From Jimgerdemannia flammicorona (Eukaryota), in contig RBNJ01000046.1 of the NCBI GenBank assembly GCA_003990765.1, positions 1-47,523 on the forward strand: a stretch of 47,523 bases of DNA. The letters are read 5' to 3'. The notes under the pieces are model-generated. The model worked only from the letters and a program-made list of their open reading frames with translations. It was not told where the DNA came from and ran no database searches. How positions within the stretch are numbered: the stretch's first letter is position 1; every line of letters begins with the position of its first letter. The position numbers and the translations under genes are program-made. Shown one piece after another: positions 11,614-24,970 of this stretch.

Positions 11614-14600
11614 TCACTTTAGGCCCGAAATGAAGTTATCTAGATTGTATTCCTCCTCGTACTGTTTATCGTCCCACAAGGTTTCTAGATTCTCGAGAAC
11701 TGTCTTCGTGGTTGATCGCTTCGAGGCCGCCGTTGCGGCTTCGTGGTCTTTTCGTTTCCGCGCCTTCTCCTCCGAGTTTGGTGTGACATTGAAGAGATCA
11801 AGAATTTGGTCTGTGTCCATGCTTTGTAAGCCGGTGTTTTGTTGATTCACGATTGTATTGGCAATATTGAGCTTGAACTTTTGCAGCCTATTGATGGTTG
11901 ATGGGGTAATATATAACGGACGGAGTTAACGATTAGAACATATAATTGCGTGGGGTTTCTTTCGCAAACCATAATAAACAACTTTGGTAATAATAGATGG
12001 TCAGTCCTGAAATTTACCCCATAATTTTCTCTTCCAACGTGCCCTTGGTAATCAACCTGTACACATTCACCACCTTCTTCTGCCCAATTCTGTGCGCACG
12101 ATCCATCGCTTGGAGGTCCTTCATCGGATTCCAATCATGTTCGACAAATATGACTGTATCCGCGCCCGTCAAATTGAGACCAAGCCCACCAACATGTGTC
12201 GTCAACAGCAGCAAGTCGATCGATGGATCGGCATTGAACTTTTGGACGATGTCGTGTCGCTTATTCGCGTCCACGGAGCCATCCAGACGCATGTACGTGA
12301 CGGAGGGCATGAGTGCCTTCAGGAGATCGTTTTCAATGATGTCGATCATCGTTTTGAGCTGACAGAAGATGAGGGCGCGGTGTTGGCTGACGGCGCCAGC
12401 TGCCATCGCTGCTGGATCATTCTCTGACTCACTTGTTGGTGACCCAATGCCGCAGTCGACCAAGAGTTGCCTGAATCGCATTTTTCAGACACAGAAATCG
12501 CGTTAGTTATAACACGCATGAGAACATACCAGCACGGTACGAATAAGCAAAAAAAAATAACCGCTTCCGCCTATTTTTCATGGGTATAAGACTTACTTTA
12601 ACGCTTGTAATTTCGGCGCATTGGATATATCATGAAGGGACGTCTTGGAGTTTGCCATTTCGTTCATCACCAGCTTGTACTTGGGGTGCTTTTCGTTCAC
12701 GACAAGCAGAGGGTGGTTACAGAGCTTTCGAAGATATTGTAGCGCTTGGAAGATGTGAGTTGCCTTCTTTTGACCTCCGCCCTCGCGCTCTTCTTCGTCA
12801 AGCTGACCCTCGAGCGCGTGCTTAGTTTGAGACTTTGCAAATTCTTCGTAAAGTTGTTTCTAATATGAATGGAAAGCAATAATTCGATATGTTATTCTTT
12901 GCTCCTGTTGTTGACATTGCAAAGTAATATCAGATGGCATACTTAAAAAGGGACGGAATTTATAACCTTACCTGAAGATCGCTCAATTCGCAGTAATAGT
13001 CCTGGATGATCTTGGGCGGTAGATCGTGCAACACATCCTCCTTCAAGCGGCGTAACAAGAATGGTAGAACTTGCTTGTGCAATGCTTCTAATGCTAACGC
13101 GCCTGTGAACTCGTGAAAAACATAAATTTGCATCAAGTTATAAGGTCTAAAAACATTATTCACTGCAACGCACGCCTAAAGGAGTAGAGTTCGAAAATCA
13201 CCTGCTTCCTGCTCCTTCGAAGAGCTCTTGCTATCTCGGCTCGCCAGGATGGGTTTCCCGAATCTCTCATTGAAGATTTTCTCGGTCCCCAAAAAGCCCG
13301 GCATCAAGAAATCGAACAGCGACCAAAGTTCTAGAACATTATTCTGGATCGGCGTTCCTGACAGGATTAGTCGATGGCTCGCCTTGACGGTTTTGACGGC
13401 CTTGGTAATCTTCGTCTTGCCGTTCTTGATTATGTGCCCCTCATCTAAAATGCAGTAGTTCCAGTTGATGTCGCCCAGATCTTCGATGTCATTGCGAACG
13501 ATGTCGTAAGACATGATGATAACGTCATGGTCTTTGATTTTGGAACGAAGCCTGTGAGGATATGGGGTGGTTTGATTAGGTCGACAGAATCAGTGTACCG
13601 TTTTTTTTTTTTTTTAAAAAAAAAAACTGAGCAACCCTCTTGTTTGTCAGTGTTAAAAGCAACAGCACAACGGCATTCAAAAATTACCTTTTTCTCTCGG
13701 AGGGCCCACCCGTATACAATAATGGCCGCAATGTATCAGTATAGTTCAATACTTCGTGGTACCAATGGCCCGTCAAGGTTGGGGGACACACGACCAGCGA
13801 TGGCATAGGGATGACGTCGGGCGACTTCGACTGCGAGTATTTTGTGGACCGGACGTGATGATCGCTGACGAGGATGCATATGGACTGCAGTGTTTTGCCT
13901 AGACCCATATCTAAAATGAAATAGAACGAATTTTCGCACAAACGTGAGTAAGCACTCCACGTTTCCACACATTGAAGACCAGAGGCACAATAAACCCACC
14001 ATCGCACAAAATTCCATGCAGCTGGTACTTGTTCAGGAACGCCAACCAGTTAACACCCTCTTGCTGGTATTTGCGAAGCTCGGCTTTGATAGTCACCGGT
14101 ATTTCAAAGTTCTCCAGCTTCGAACTATCGAGGAGTTGAGCAAGGAACTTGCGTTCGTCGTCGCGGTGCGCGAGAAGCTCTTGTGACATGCCTGGCGGGT
14201 CGGGGATACCGGCCTATGTTTAGAGAAAACGTGGCAATTATATGATAAGCCATTGTCATTATGTCTCGTAACTAAAACAATTCCATCACCGAAACCAAGG
14301 CCATTCGAAAACACGAAAACTTACTTCCAACGGCACCAGCTTAATCAACAAAGCGAAGCAATTCGTCGTCACGAGTCTAACCGCCTCATCGACATCGCTC
14401 ATCCTGCCTAAGATGGGCACGATCAAGAAAATGACGTAAGGTAGAATTTTGGCGTCCATAGTCTGCACGAGGTGATAGACCATCTCGGCGGCGCCCTGGC
14501 GATGGACGACGTGCTGAGTGTCGCCCAGCAGCGGGAGGACCTTGTCGATAACGCTCTGCATACCCTCAACGGTGATGACGCTGCAGATTATGGCAAGGCA

Positions 14601-17600
14601 GCGGGCTGCTACGGAGCGGATAACGGCGTAGCGGGATTGCAGCGCTTTCGTAATGTTGGGAAGAATGTCGATGACCTATTTCGTGTTTGAGATGCATGGC
14701 ACTTAGAATGTCATCCTTCATTAAAGTCATCACAATGGAATTGTACATGGAGAAAAACAAACAAATACCTGCTTCCACAACGCCTTGTTCAAAAACGGAA
14801 CAACCGTCATCACCACGATCATAGCATCAACGACCTCCTGCCCGACCGCCAAATCCGCCTCCACGATCCGATCGGCAGCCTTAACCCCCATCGCCCCACC
14901 CTTCACATTCTTTCCAAACACCTCTTCAATTTTTGCGCTGAGACACTCCCACAACTTGGGTAGCACTTCGAGCAGGCGTTCGCCGAACCGCGTACAGAAC
15001 TCCTTCAGTGCCGTCTCGGCACCGCGCTGCATCAGCTTCGCTTCCTTAACGTCGGGGTTGTCCTCATCCTTGCCGTGAGCTTTCTCAGCGTCGTCCTTCT
15101 TGCTAGTGTGGCCGGCGATCGAGCCGTCCTCCCGTTGCACGGACAGGATGCCCTCCGTCTGCTGGTTGGTGTCGAGGACGGGTGTGATGGACGGATCGGA
15201 GCAGAGGAAGGCGCAAAGGTTCTTGACGATCTTGTCGTTCGGGTTCACGCGACCGCTGGTGGTGGCGCAAAGGGAGACGAGCGTGGCGAGCGTGGACGAG
15301 GCGCGCTGTTGGAGCTCGGGATTTTCTTCGTACTAAAGTTTTAAGATTATTTACAGGTGGCGGAGAGACAAAAATATCAGCATAAATGAAAATAATCTTT
15401 CCGTGTACATCCGCCTCAAAACAGCAAAAATCACCAGACTCCACTCATACATAGAACATACCTTAACGCTATTCATCACACTCCTCACTACGGGATTCAA
15501 CTTTGTCGGCAATACCCCTAACGCGACCACAGCCCCCGCGACAGCGGCATACACATTGACCTCGGCCTTCTGCCTCGTAGCCTCATAATACCCAATACTA
15601 CTCACGACTCTCCTCTGCTTATCCTGCAACGTAGGCACCGCCTCCTTCCTGTGCTTAGCCGGAACCATAGCCAAAAACCTATCAAACACCTCATTGCACA
15701 CCTGCCCCGCGATCTCAACGCTGAACAACGTTTCCCCCTCCACAAGTTGCTGCTGTAGCACTTCGCCGACGACATATGTTGGCAAGGTCGGCAGCGCTAC
15801 GGTGTTACACTTTCCCTCGACGCCGAACGCGTTCAGCAGCACCTGGCATTCGCTTCGTATGCGCTTCAGTACACCAACGAGCTCAAAGTAGAACGGGATT
15901 GGCTGCCCCGGTCCACCTCCGTTCTCGAGCGCAACGATAAGTGCGTCGGAGAGTGCGCGTGCGAGTGGGCTCTTGTTGGCGAGAGCGATGGTCTCTCGTC
16001 CTACGCCGCCGTACCGCGTCCGCTGCAGGGCGTTGGCCCATTCTTCGATGACGATCCCTCCGAGCTGTCGCTTGAGCGCCCAGGGTGAGACGAGCAACTG
16101 GATCAGCACGTCTTTGTAGGACATTTCGACGGCATCGTCGGACCACACGCTCATGGCCATGCCGAGGGCAGTGCTTCCGGCGACGCGGGCGCGGATCACC
16201 GTCTCGTGCGTCACGAGCGAGAAGTCCTGCATGATCATGCCCACGTCGATATTGTGCCCACCGGGTACCGCCGCCGAACTGGATTCGTCGGTTGCGCCGG
16301 CAGATTTGCCCGGGGGGACTCGCTTACTCGTCGTCGCGGCCACGGCCGCGGTCGCTGCACCGCCACCGCCAGTGATGGCGGTCGTTAGTGCCGTGCCGAA
16401 AAAACCTGGGGGCTTGTAGAAGTTGGTCACGTCCAACGGCTGTCCGATGGGTGTCATTGTAAACTCAAACCATTGACCTAGCCATTGCCCTGTGCACTGC
16501 AGAACGAGTTCAGTGGTTATGCAACTACTCAATGTCAACGCCTCCCACACCTTTAAGCTCTGCGCGACGATGTCCTTCTTCTCCTCAACCAGTAGGTTCT
16601 GGAACACGAGCCGGAATACCCGATCGTCCACCCACTCTGTGCCGGTCCCGCACACTAAAAATGTCAGCAGAGTGTTCAGCACCGCCACACGGACAGATGT
16701 AATGGTGTGCCGAAAGAAAGGGTAGAGGCGCGGGATCAGGTCCTTGAGTGACTGGCTTGATCGCACGACTTCCATCACGCCGGGACACTCGAACAACCGC
16801 GCGAGGAGGTCCATGACTGCACCAGTGGACGCTGTGAGATCGTCCTTGAGATCGACGAGACAGTCCCATAGAGTCTCGATCATCTGCCTGACGCGCTCGG
16901 TGGGGCTCAGCTGCACGAAGTCGGTTGTGATGGGTAGCATAGTGGCTGCGCTGACGGCGCGGACGTCGTCGTCATGGTCACGTAGACCGAGTACGACGGC
17001 ACCAACGGTGCCCTCGACCAGGCTGCCAACGAGGTCGCGGCGAACGGCGACGGTGTACTTGAGGCCCAACAGACCGGCGTGACGCACCTCCCAAATGCTG
17101 CGGTTGCCGAAGCAGGGGTCGGTCTGGTAGATCAGCTGGAGCAGCGTGCGGTGCACTTGCTCGACCGAGATCGACGTCATGTATTGGAGCAAGACACCCA
17201 GGGTCTGTGAGCACGTCTCGCGGACGGGGCAGATCACTTGATCCGAGACGAAGTCGGCGAAACGGTCGAGGGCGAAGACGCAGAGGAGACGGATGGCGGC
17301 GTCTTCGAGCCAAACGTTGTGAAGATTTTCGTTTTCTTGTTTAGATAGACCAACTAGCCATGCAACAAAAATAAATCGAAATGATTATCTTTCCGCCCAA
17401 CATGCTCATCACAACATCCTATACACGACCTCACTTCCACCCCCAATACGCACCGACCTTCCCCGCTCCCTTGCCTTGCCCCCTAAGTATGCTCCTCATG
17501 CCAATCCCTGCACCATGCCTAATCTCCCATGACGGGTCGAACAGGTCCATGCACAGATGCTCGCATACGGCCTCGAACGGCCAGTCGGGCGAGGGTGGTT

Positions 17601-19676
17601 GCTCCTCGTCCACGGGCTGACCATCAGCATTGGTGGGCGGCTTGGCCTCGACAACAATCTTGTTGGATTGCGGTTGCGGGGTGAAGTTGAAGTAGGAGTC
17701 CGATGGGGCTGGTTGGTTAAGGGCCGGGGGAACGATGTGTTTCATTTTCGTCATTTATTCCGTAAACCCGCCACCAACATTATCATTACATATTCCCATG
17801 GCATGTACCAACAAACAACGCCATACTCACTTTCAACCTCGATCTTCATGGGCGTCGCTGGGGCGAAGGATCCACTTGCTGATGAGGGCGTCGCCAGCGG
17901 GGTGGTGACGGATCCGTCGCCGCTCTTGCGCCGCGTCGTCGACAGGTCAAGGACTCGGACCCTGTTTAAAAATACCATAGTCACGTCAATGAGACCAAAA
18001 TTAACAGGAGCACAAGGCAGAATACCAGCACGAAGATCAGCAGAACAAAGTAGACACAAACAACACTTACTTTTCCTTCCCCTTGTTCTTCGCATGCGTC
18101 TTCAGTTTCCTCTTTAGCTGATTCCTTTCCCTAGCCGACAACCCCGCCATCTCCGCATCCGTAGCGATCGGTGAGCTGATGGGCGGCGCAATTGGCGGGC
18201 CCAACGGTATGGTCAGGGGTGGGAGGGGGCCGACGGGCGAGGAGGAAGAGAAGGTTTGGTGTTGGTGTTGGAGTTCGAGGTGGGAGACTTGCGAGGTGGT
18301 GGTCGTGATGTCCGTGTCATCGAATAAGTCGACTGGGGAGAGACCAACGAGAACGGTTTTTATCGAGAATGTTTATGAGGGAACGTTGAGATGGAATGAA
18401 TATCAAGGTGGGGGGGGGGAGGGTTTACCATCCATAAATTGGGTATCCAAGCCGAGTCGTTCGCGAAGGTTTTTTCGCTGGAGCGCGAGGCGTTCCGCAG
18501 GCGTCATGTCGGACATGTCAATGTCGAATTCCTGCAAGCACATTTGCACAGTTCCATGACGCGGTGAGTATACATATACACATAGCCATAGTTACAAATA
18601 TGCCATATCACTATCAATTGCTACCACCATTCCTTTTGGCTCAGGATCTGCGCTCATCTCACCGATTTCTACGACCTTCCAATCAGATTCCCCACCACCA
18701 ACACCAACAACAACAAAAAAAAAAAAAAAAAAAGGATCGACAAGCTACCTTCCCCGCAGACGCCAGCAGCGTCTTCCCGTTCGTCAGCACAGACGCAATA
18801 TCAAAATTCTTAAATGAAAGCCTGTTCGTCTGTCCGGTGGTTTTATTTGAAAGGGGAGCGCTGTCCGACGTTTCCATTTTGACAGCTACCAAAGCCAAAT
18901 AAAGTGTATGACGCGATGGTATCAGAAATGGTTCGCGTTGAGAAATTCGGGCAACTGTACGCCGGCACGGATTGTCACGTACCTTCGGCGGGGTCCCATT
19001 CTGGTACGTTGCCTGCGATGGCCTCAAGGGCCTGGCCAGCGGCGATGCGGGTCTCCCAGTTTTTACTACGGAGGTGCACAATAACCTGGCGCCGATGGAA
19101 ACCATGAAATGAAATAAATCAAAATCTCGCGTTTTCGCCGTAACCATTTTGGTCACAAACTGCTACAGTGTCATGATCGTCGGTTGGCAATCAGTGAGCT
19201 CATTGTCCAGATGGACAAAGGAAATTTGGACATTCGTCGAACGCACGAGGATCGGTCAAAGATGTTGCAAACACCGCTGAGGATGATGAGTGGTGTATTG
19301 ACAAAATGCTGTAGCTGCCACCGCACGGTCGCCGTTTCGTATTAGGACATTTACAATTGTAGAGTTTCTAGAAGCTTAATCTCCGACATCGAACCGCCAG
19401 TAGTTTGACGACAGGAGGGGGGGTTTCAGCACTTAATACTCACTCGCGATAGCAAATTGTAGAGTTCTGTCGGGTGTTGCTTCTGGATCTCACCAAGCTG
19501 CTGCGCGGCGGTCTGCCTCACGGCAGCGGTGGACCCAGTGTCGAGGAGGAGGACTAGACGATCGAGCCTGCATTATAGGGGGGTGGGGGGGAGGTGGGAG
19601 GGTGATTCGTGAGAAGATATTATATCCTCGAGGATGGGCGCGGAAGGAGGGCCAGGTGTGCTCGCCTTGTAGCCAT
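11614..19676 (-). CDS. MOT1: TATA-binding-protein-associated SNF2-family ATPase Mot1/BTAF1, 18 exons, ~1946 aa
   Basis: Exons (minus strand): 19676-19666, 19567-19444, 19085-18983, 18885-18749, 18531-18429, 18332-18071, 17961-17831, 17708-17454, 17353-15462, 15332-14769, 14675-14325, 14213-14000, 13910-13688, 13551-13202, 13102-12972, 12859-12597, 12470-12018, 11887-11614. Total 5841 nt, and all intron phases close. Motifs: MATRLDRLVLLLDTGS, HEAT region ALDRFADFVSDQ and WEVRHAGLLGLKY, GILCDDMGLGKTLQ, ILDEGH, LSGTPIQNN, DLQAMDRAHRIGQKK, C-terminal LWDDKQYEEEYNLDNF. Confidence 0.96.
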
Positions 19677-21629
19677 GGGTTCGGAGATCCCAACAAGCGA
19701 CGCGTCGTTCGGTCGAGTCTGTTCTTTTTCGTGGCTTTTCCGTGCAAGCGGGGAAAAGCGTGGACAGGAGGGGGGGTGTGACGTCACTAGAATTGTGATG
19801 GGGGAATTTTGGAAATGCGACAGCGACGGGCCGACGTCTCTTTTTATCTTTCCAAACCATCCCAGATTCCTGCGCCAGTCATGGATCATAACACGTGACA
19901 CTTCATTTCCAAGACCGGGCTGGGAACATTCTGTGACGGTCCTGGTGCTTGACCGGCGAAGCCCGGGTGGCCGGGTGCCCTTTCCATGCGTTTTCCAACT
20001 CTAGCCAACGACACAGCAATGGGCCTTGTCTGGTTGGCGGGATGGTTGAATGGGGTACAGGCCGGAGCCGCTTCCGCCACATGACCCAGATTACGCAATT
20101 TTTCAGGCATTGGCACTTCGCCAGATCAGCAACTAGGCCGAGACATATATACACGGCTATACCATTGATATATAATAAGGACATGTTTCTTAGCTACTTT
20201 ATTAAATGAATGAAATTCATGATCCGAGATATATATGGTCTTTGTCCAGGGTGTTTGAATTTGAACGACGCATTATCCTGTAGAACGGATGAACCGTTTA
20301 TCCCACCTTGGAATTGCGTCGGGGATTGTGAACTGTGCGCTCCTAATTGTATACGCCAACCCAAAGTGGTAGCGGGTGGCGTGGAAACGGGCCACCGCAG
20401 CGAGGCGCGTCCTGCCACGTGTAACCAACTAACAAACAGCCGACTCTGGCACCGGTGCTGAAAGGCGGTCTGCCTTTTCCTCTCTACTATGACATAAACA
20501 ACACTCACGTCCTTCTCTATTCATTCGAAGCGCATTAACCAAATAAATCCAAGTTTAGACGCGTTCGAATGTCGCCACTGACAAACCGATCTTCCCAACC
20601 CATTTCACACAAGAATGTCGGACGTAAAAGAGCGAAGAAGCTAAGTCGAACAGGCCAAGTCAGTTGGGCCCAAGCCTCTCGACAATTCAGTCAAAGAACT
20701 GCATTCCACGACAGTGGTCTTAGCATAGAGCACGCGTACCTGGCGGGCAAATGCGAGCTCCCAGTGCATTGAGGAGGGTGAGGGTTTGAAATGCGTGCCA
20801 GCCAAGCCATTCGCCAACACCCCATCCCCTACCTTGGGACACACTACAATATTGTCGCCGCTCATCCACCGTTACAGTCGGATGACGGGGTTATCAGGCC
20901 CCTGCTGTGCGCGTGCGGATTCAGGTGTTGAATCCGCGGATCGAGAGATGGTGTCGTGGGACAGGGAGGATGATCGCAAATAGGGGTGTGGTAGATGTCA
21001 GGATGTGCAGCTTTGGCATTCAACAGACAGACATGCATCTAGCCAGCAGTTATTGCCACTCTACCACTTCTCATCTATGTTGTGATGATAGGTCTTCGAC
21101 TCATTGAAACAATGATAAACTTGGAACAACACAACGTGCCATTTTGAACGTGTATTATAGGCTAAATGTAGTCAAGTGTTTTAGCAGCACTCGACTGCAC
21201 CAGAAAAGCGGAGAGTCGTTGTAAGCAACCTTCTTAACCAATAAAGCACACGAGAAACAGAAAAAACGAAGCCGGTGGAGAATGCAATGGATGCAAGGTA
21301 AAAGATAGAGGTTGAAAACCAGTATAATATGTACAGAATGCAGTAGTTAGGAGCCACAAAAGACAACAATATAAATCAGCATTAAAAAAAAAAAAAAAAA
21401 AAAAAAAAATGACATCCTTCCTCGCTCAGCCACAAAAGTCCACCATATCCCATCATAAGTCAAAGCTACTGACATTGCCGTAACCTATAGTCATGCGAAC
21501 AAGGTACATTGTCACAACCAAAGAAAAGGCCCATTATTCACACCTGAAATATACCCCACCAAACAACAAGCAATCACACCCACCTTAAGCCAACAATCCG
21601 GCCCCTCCATCACCCTCGTTCCCTCTCTC

Positions 21630-23135
21630 ACTCCTCGCCGCTCAAATCCGGGGTTTTCACATCATCATCATCGTCGTACCAATCATCGTAGCCGAAGATG
21701 TCGCCGTATTGGTATCCGCTGTAATCATAGTTCTTAAGCCTGTCGTCTTGTCTCAACTAGGTTAAGAGTAAGTGCGATGTGATGAGTTATAAAGAGACCT
21801 GGATAATACCATCGCGCATATGGCGAGAGACAACGATATGACAACACACAATTACCTCTCACCTCCTTGATGTGGGCGGCCCAGCGTACGGGGGCATCCT
21901 GCGAAATTAAATAGATGGGTGGGTCAACGTTGATTATGGCCTCGTAGTCCGTGCTGAGGGATTCGAGGCGGTGCTGAGGGAGAAATTGGAACGGGTTTAG
22001 ATGGAGAGGATAAATCTATGAACGAAAACCATGTCGCTAACATTTCACATGTCTATTCACACGAGCATTCACCAATTCATTCCGCATGTCCCTCCAAGAA
22101 CAATTCATCGCACACTCACCATGATGACCTCAAGATCCCTCCTCACCGCCTGGCCGTCTACGACGACTTGGACATGACGCTCCTGTATGCGATAAAAAAC
22201 ATAGCGTCAGAGCCAGCGCGATAAACGGAGCCCACCGTAATGCGGTAATGCTGGCAAATGACGTACCGTGTGGCCCAACGCAGCGGCTACGAGAGGTGGG
22301 ATGGTTGAGTGACCGAGCGTCATCTAGTTCTACAGACAGAGAGAAGGGTTGGATGAGAAGATTGAATAGAGTGGTGGGTATATCTCATGCTGTTTACAGA
22401 GCCCAAAAACTGTTTCGGAATATGTCAGGAGACGGCAATCGCAAACGTACCGATTATGAGCAAGGGTATAGAAGATGCCATGTAGATCAGGGCGATGCCG
22501 CGGGAGCCGACGCAAATGGAAGTGCCGAAAAAGGCGAATCAGTTTGTACGCGACTATCCGAAATAAAGGAGGAAGCCCAATAAAAGACTCTCAACATGAG
22601 CAAAATCATAACCTTCCCAAACAAATTCAAACATTTAAAAATCATAACCTTCCCGCCCAAACAAATTCAAACATTTAAAATTATGGGAAACCAAAGTACC
22701 TCCATACCACCATCTGCGAGGTTCTCTGGCGTAGGCATAGACGAGGCGGATGGCTCGGCGCTGGCCACGGTGTCGGACTTAGTGGAATGAGCCGAGATCG
22801 CTTTGGGGAACCCGGAGCTGGCGGCTTGGCGAAGGTTCTAAAACAAGTAGTCCAGTTAAGGAAGTAAGCGCAAAGGTTGCCAGCACCCCTCGACGGAATT
22901 AACAGATGTGTCGGAACGAGCACGAACTAGCGCGAGGGTCGTGCGGTTCGTCTTGGGACGCTTGGCAATTTGAGAGGTATGGGGATCACCCTGTGAGTCT
23001 GCGAGCCTCTGGAAGGGACGTTTTTGGAGGGTTAATAGGGTTGGGGCGCAGGGGGATTCGGTATAGGTGCTGTCGGTTTACCTTGGTCGTCTCTGTCTTG
23101 ATCACGACTTGATGTTTCTGCGGGTGGAAACAACG
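21630..23135 (-). other. Possible spliced hypothetical gene or gene relic
   Basis: Several GT..AG-bounded, GC-richer blocks can be joined (e.g. ...PPLVAAALGHT|ERHVQVVVDGQAVRRDLEVIM|HRLESLSTDYEAII...; acidic tail DIFGYDDWYDDDDD). I could not build one fully open model, and no family was recognised. Confidence 0.3.
22602..22682. repeat. Tandem duplication of a ~35-39-bp unit
   Basis: aaaatcataaccttcc...caaacaaattcaaacattt occurs twice in tandem; the second copy has a short insertion. Confidence 0.85.
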
Positions 23136-23530
23136 TGAAATGAAAATATATGTTAGAAGCAAAGCGAATTTGCCATAATATTAAATCAATGTACGCACGT
23201 CTTTGTTAGGTTCCATTACTTTTGCTGGAAAGACGGCGAAGGAAAGAGTGGGTGCCTTTATAAAATGGGACTGTCGAAAAACACTGCTGCATGATGTCAT
23301 CGTATGCCTTTCAGTTATCACGGCGGCGAGTGGGTTAAAAGTAGAGGTCTCGGCTAAGCAAGCATCATAATACAGCAATGTGAAATAACCCCAACAAATA
23401 TGTAGCCTTTAAGCTCATTTCTGCACCTTACCACACAAAAACAGCTTGACATGTCAACATCAAATCAGCTTGACATATCTTGGTTTTGGAGAATTTTTTT
23501 CTTTTTTCTTTTTGGTTAATGGGTGGGTGG

Positions 23531-23631
23531 AAACCTCATCCCAGGAGCAGAACCACCATATAAGAGTATCTACCAGTTGGCTTAGTCAGAGCTCAAGGTC
23601 CTCAAGGATGAACTGACCAATTTATTGATTT
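23531..23631 (+). mobile_element. Old Ty3/gypsy RT fragment (element 0), left part
   Basis: LIPGAEPPYKSIYQLA*SELKVLKDELTNLL. It continues in frame after 35699 once one GATTT TSD copy is removed. Confidence 0.8.
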
Positions 23632-24034
23632 TGTAACATTTTAGCATAGTTTATTTCTTTTCTTTGTCTTTCTCCAATATTTTACAACCTTCCAGTACTT
23701 TCTGAATACTTAGAAATCCTTTCTTGGCACCAAGCATCCTCTAGTATTTATTTAGCTAGTCACTGAATGCCCTGGAAACTTGTAGAACTTTATTTATCAT
23801 CATTTGTCATCTTTGCCAAAAACTTTCCTCTTGGTATTTTCCTTTGATTTCTCAGATTCTTTCAGATCCTTCTTTCAGATCTTGTATAAATATCTCCTTT
23901 GTTCTTATGAATAAAGTCTCAGAATATTTTCTCCCAGAAATCTTTTGAGAATACTTAAATCCTTAGTATCTCTTTGAGCTACTTAGAACCACCAGAACTA
24001 GTTGCTTCCTTATTTAGAAACTAGAACTATTATA
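23632..24034 (+). repeat. 5' LTR of element A
   Basis: Starts TGTAAC. Ungapped match to 35292-35694 with 32 mismatches in 403 bp. Terminal CA has mutated to TA. Confidence 0.95.
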
Positions 24035-24036
24035 CT

Positions 24037-24047
24037 TGGTAGCAGCA
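24037..24047 (+). other. Primer-binding site, probably for initiator tRNA-Met
   Basis: TGGTAGCAGCA in A and TGGTAGCAGTG in B imply ancestral TGGTAGCAGCG, complementary to a tRNA 3' end CGCUGCUACCA with the A1:U72 pair typical of initiator tRNA-Met. The tRNA identity is inference. Confidence 0.7.
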
Positions 24048-24970
24048 GGTGGTTACATCTAGCCTTATCAAGATACCTCTCAAGATATCAGTTACAATAC
24101 TATGGAGGACAATGGGTGGAATCCTTCATATAGTATCTATAGTCTAGACAATGCCTCATACAATCAGCAAGAAGAAGAGGAACAGCAAAACTCTACTTAG
24201 TTAAATGGAGTCATCAAGAGTCTTTTGCAGACTGCATTAGCTCAGATTTATAATGGTTCTAGTTTCTAAATGAGGAAGTGACTGGTTCTGGTTGACTTAA
24301 AGTAGCTCAAAGAGATACTTAAAGGTTCAAGTGTTCTTGAAGGATTTCTGGGAGAAAATATTCTGAGACTTTATTCATGAGAATAAAGGGGATATTTATA
24401 CAAGATCTAAAAGAAGAATCTGAAAGGATCTGAGAAATCAAAGGAAAATGCCAAGAGGAAAGTTCTTGGCAAAGATGATAAATAATGACAAATAAAGTTC
24501 TACAAGTTTCCAGAATATTCTATGACTAGCTAAATAAGTACTAGAGGGTGCTTGATATCAAGAAAGGATTTCTAAGCATTCAGAAAGTACTGGAAGATTA
24601 TAGAATGTTCAAGAAAGATAGAGAAAAGAAATAAACTATGCCAAAATGTTATATCTCCCCCTCCTTAAGAATCAATATTCTTGTTGAATTCTCAAAGTTA
24701 CATATAACAAACAATAAGACTAAAAGAAACTTCAAATTAAATATATCAACTCATTGGTAAGGATTGGCTATTCTTGTATGTATAAGGCAAGGGCCAAAGT
24801 ATTATCTTGATTAGATGAGAACTAGTTCGAACCTCATTAGTTACAGGATTTATAGGGTTCTCCTATATCTCTTATTTCTGATACTGTATCCCTTAGAGAG
24901 TTCCAATGTGTAATGTACCTGATCAGCACAGTAGGTCATCTACTATCCAAGGGGAGAACCTCACAGGTAG

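Noticed and set aside
11630-18902. Numerous plus-strand ORFs over MOT1
   Set aside because: Antisense shadows of MOT1 exons.
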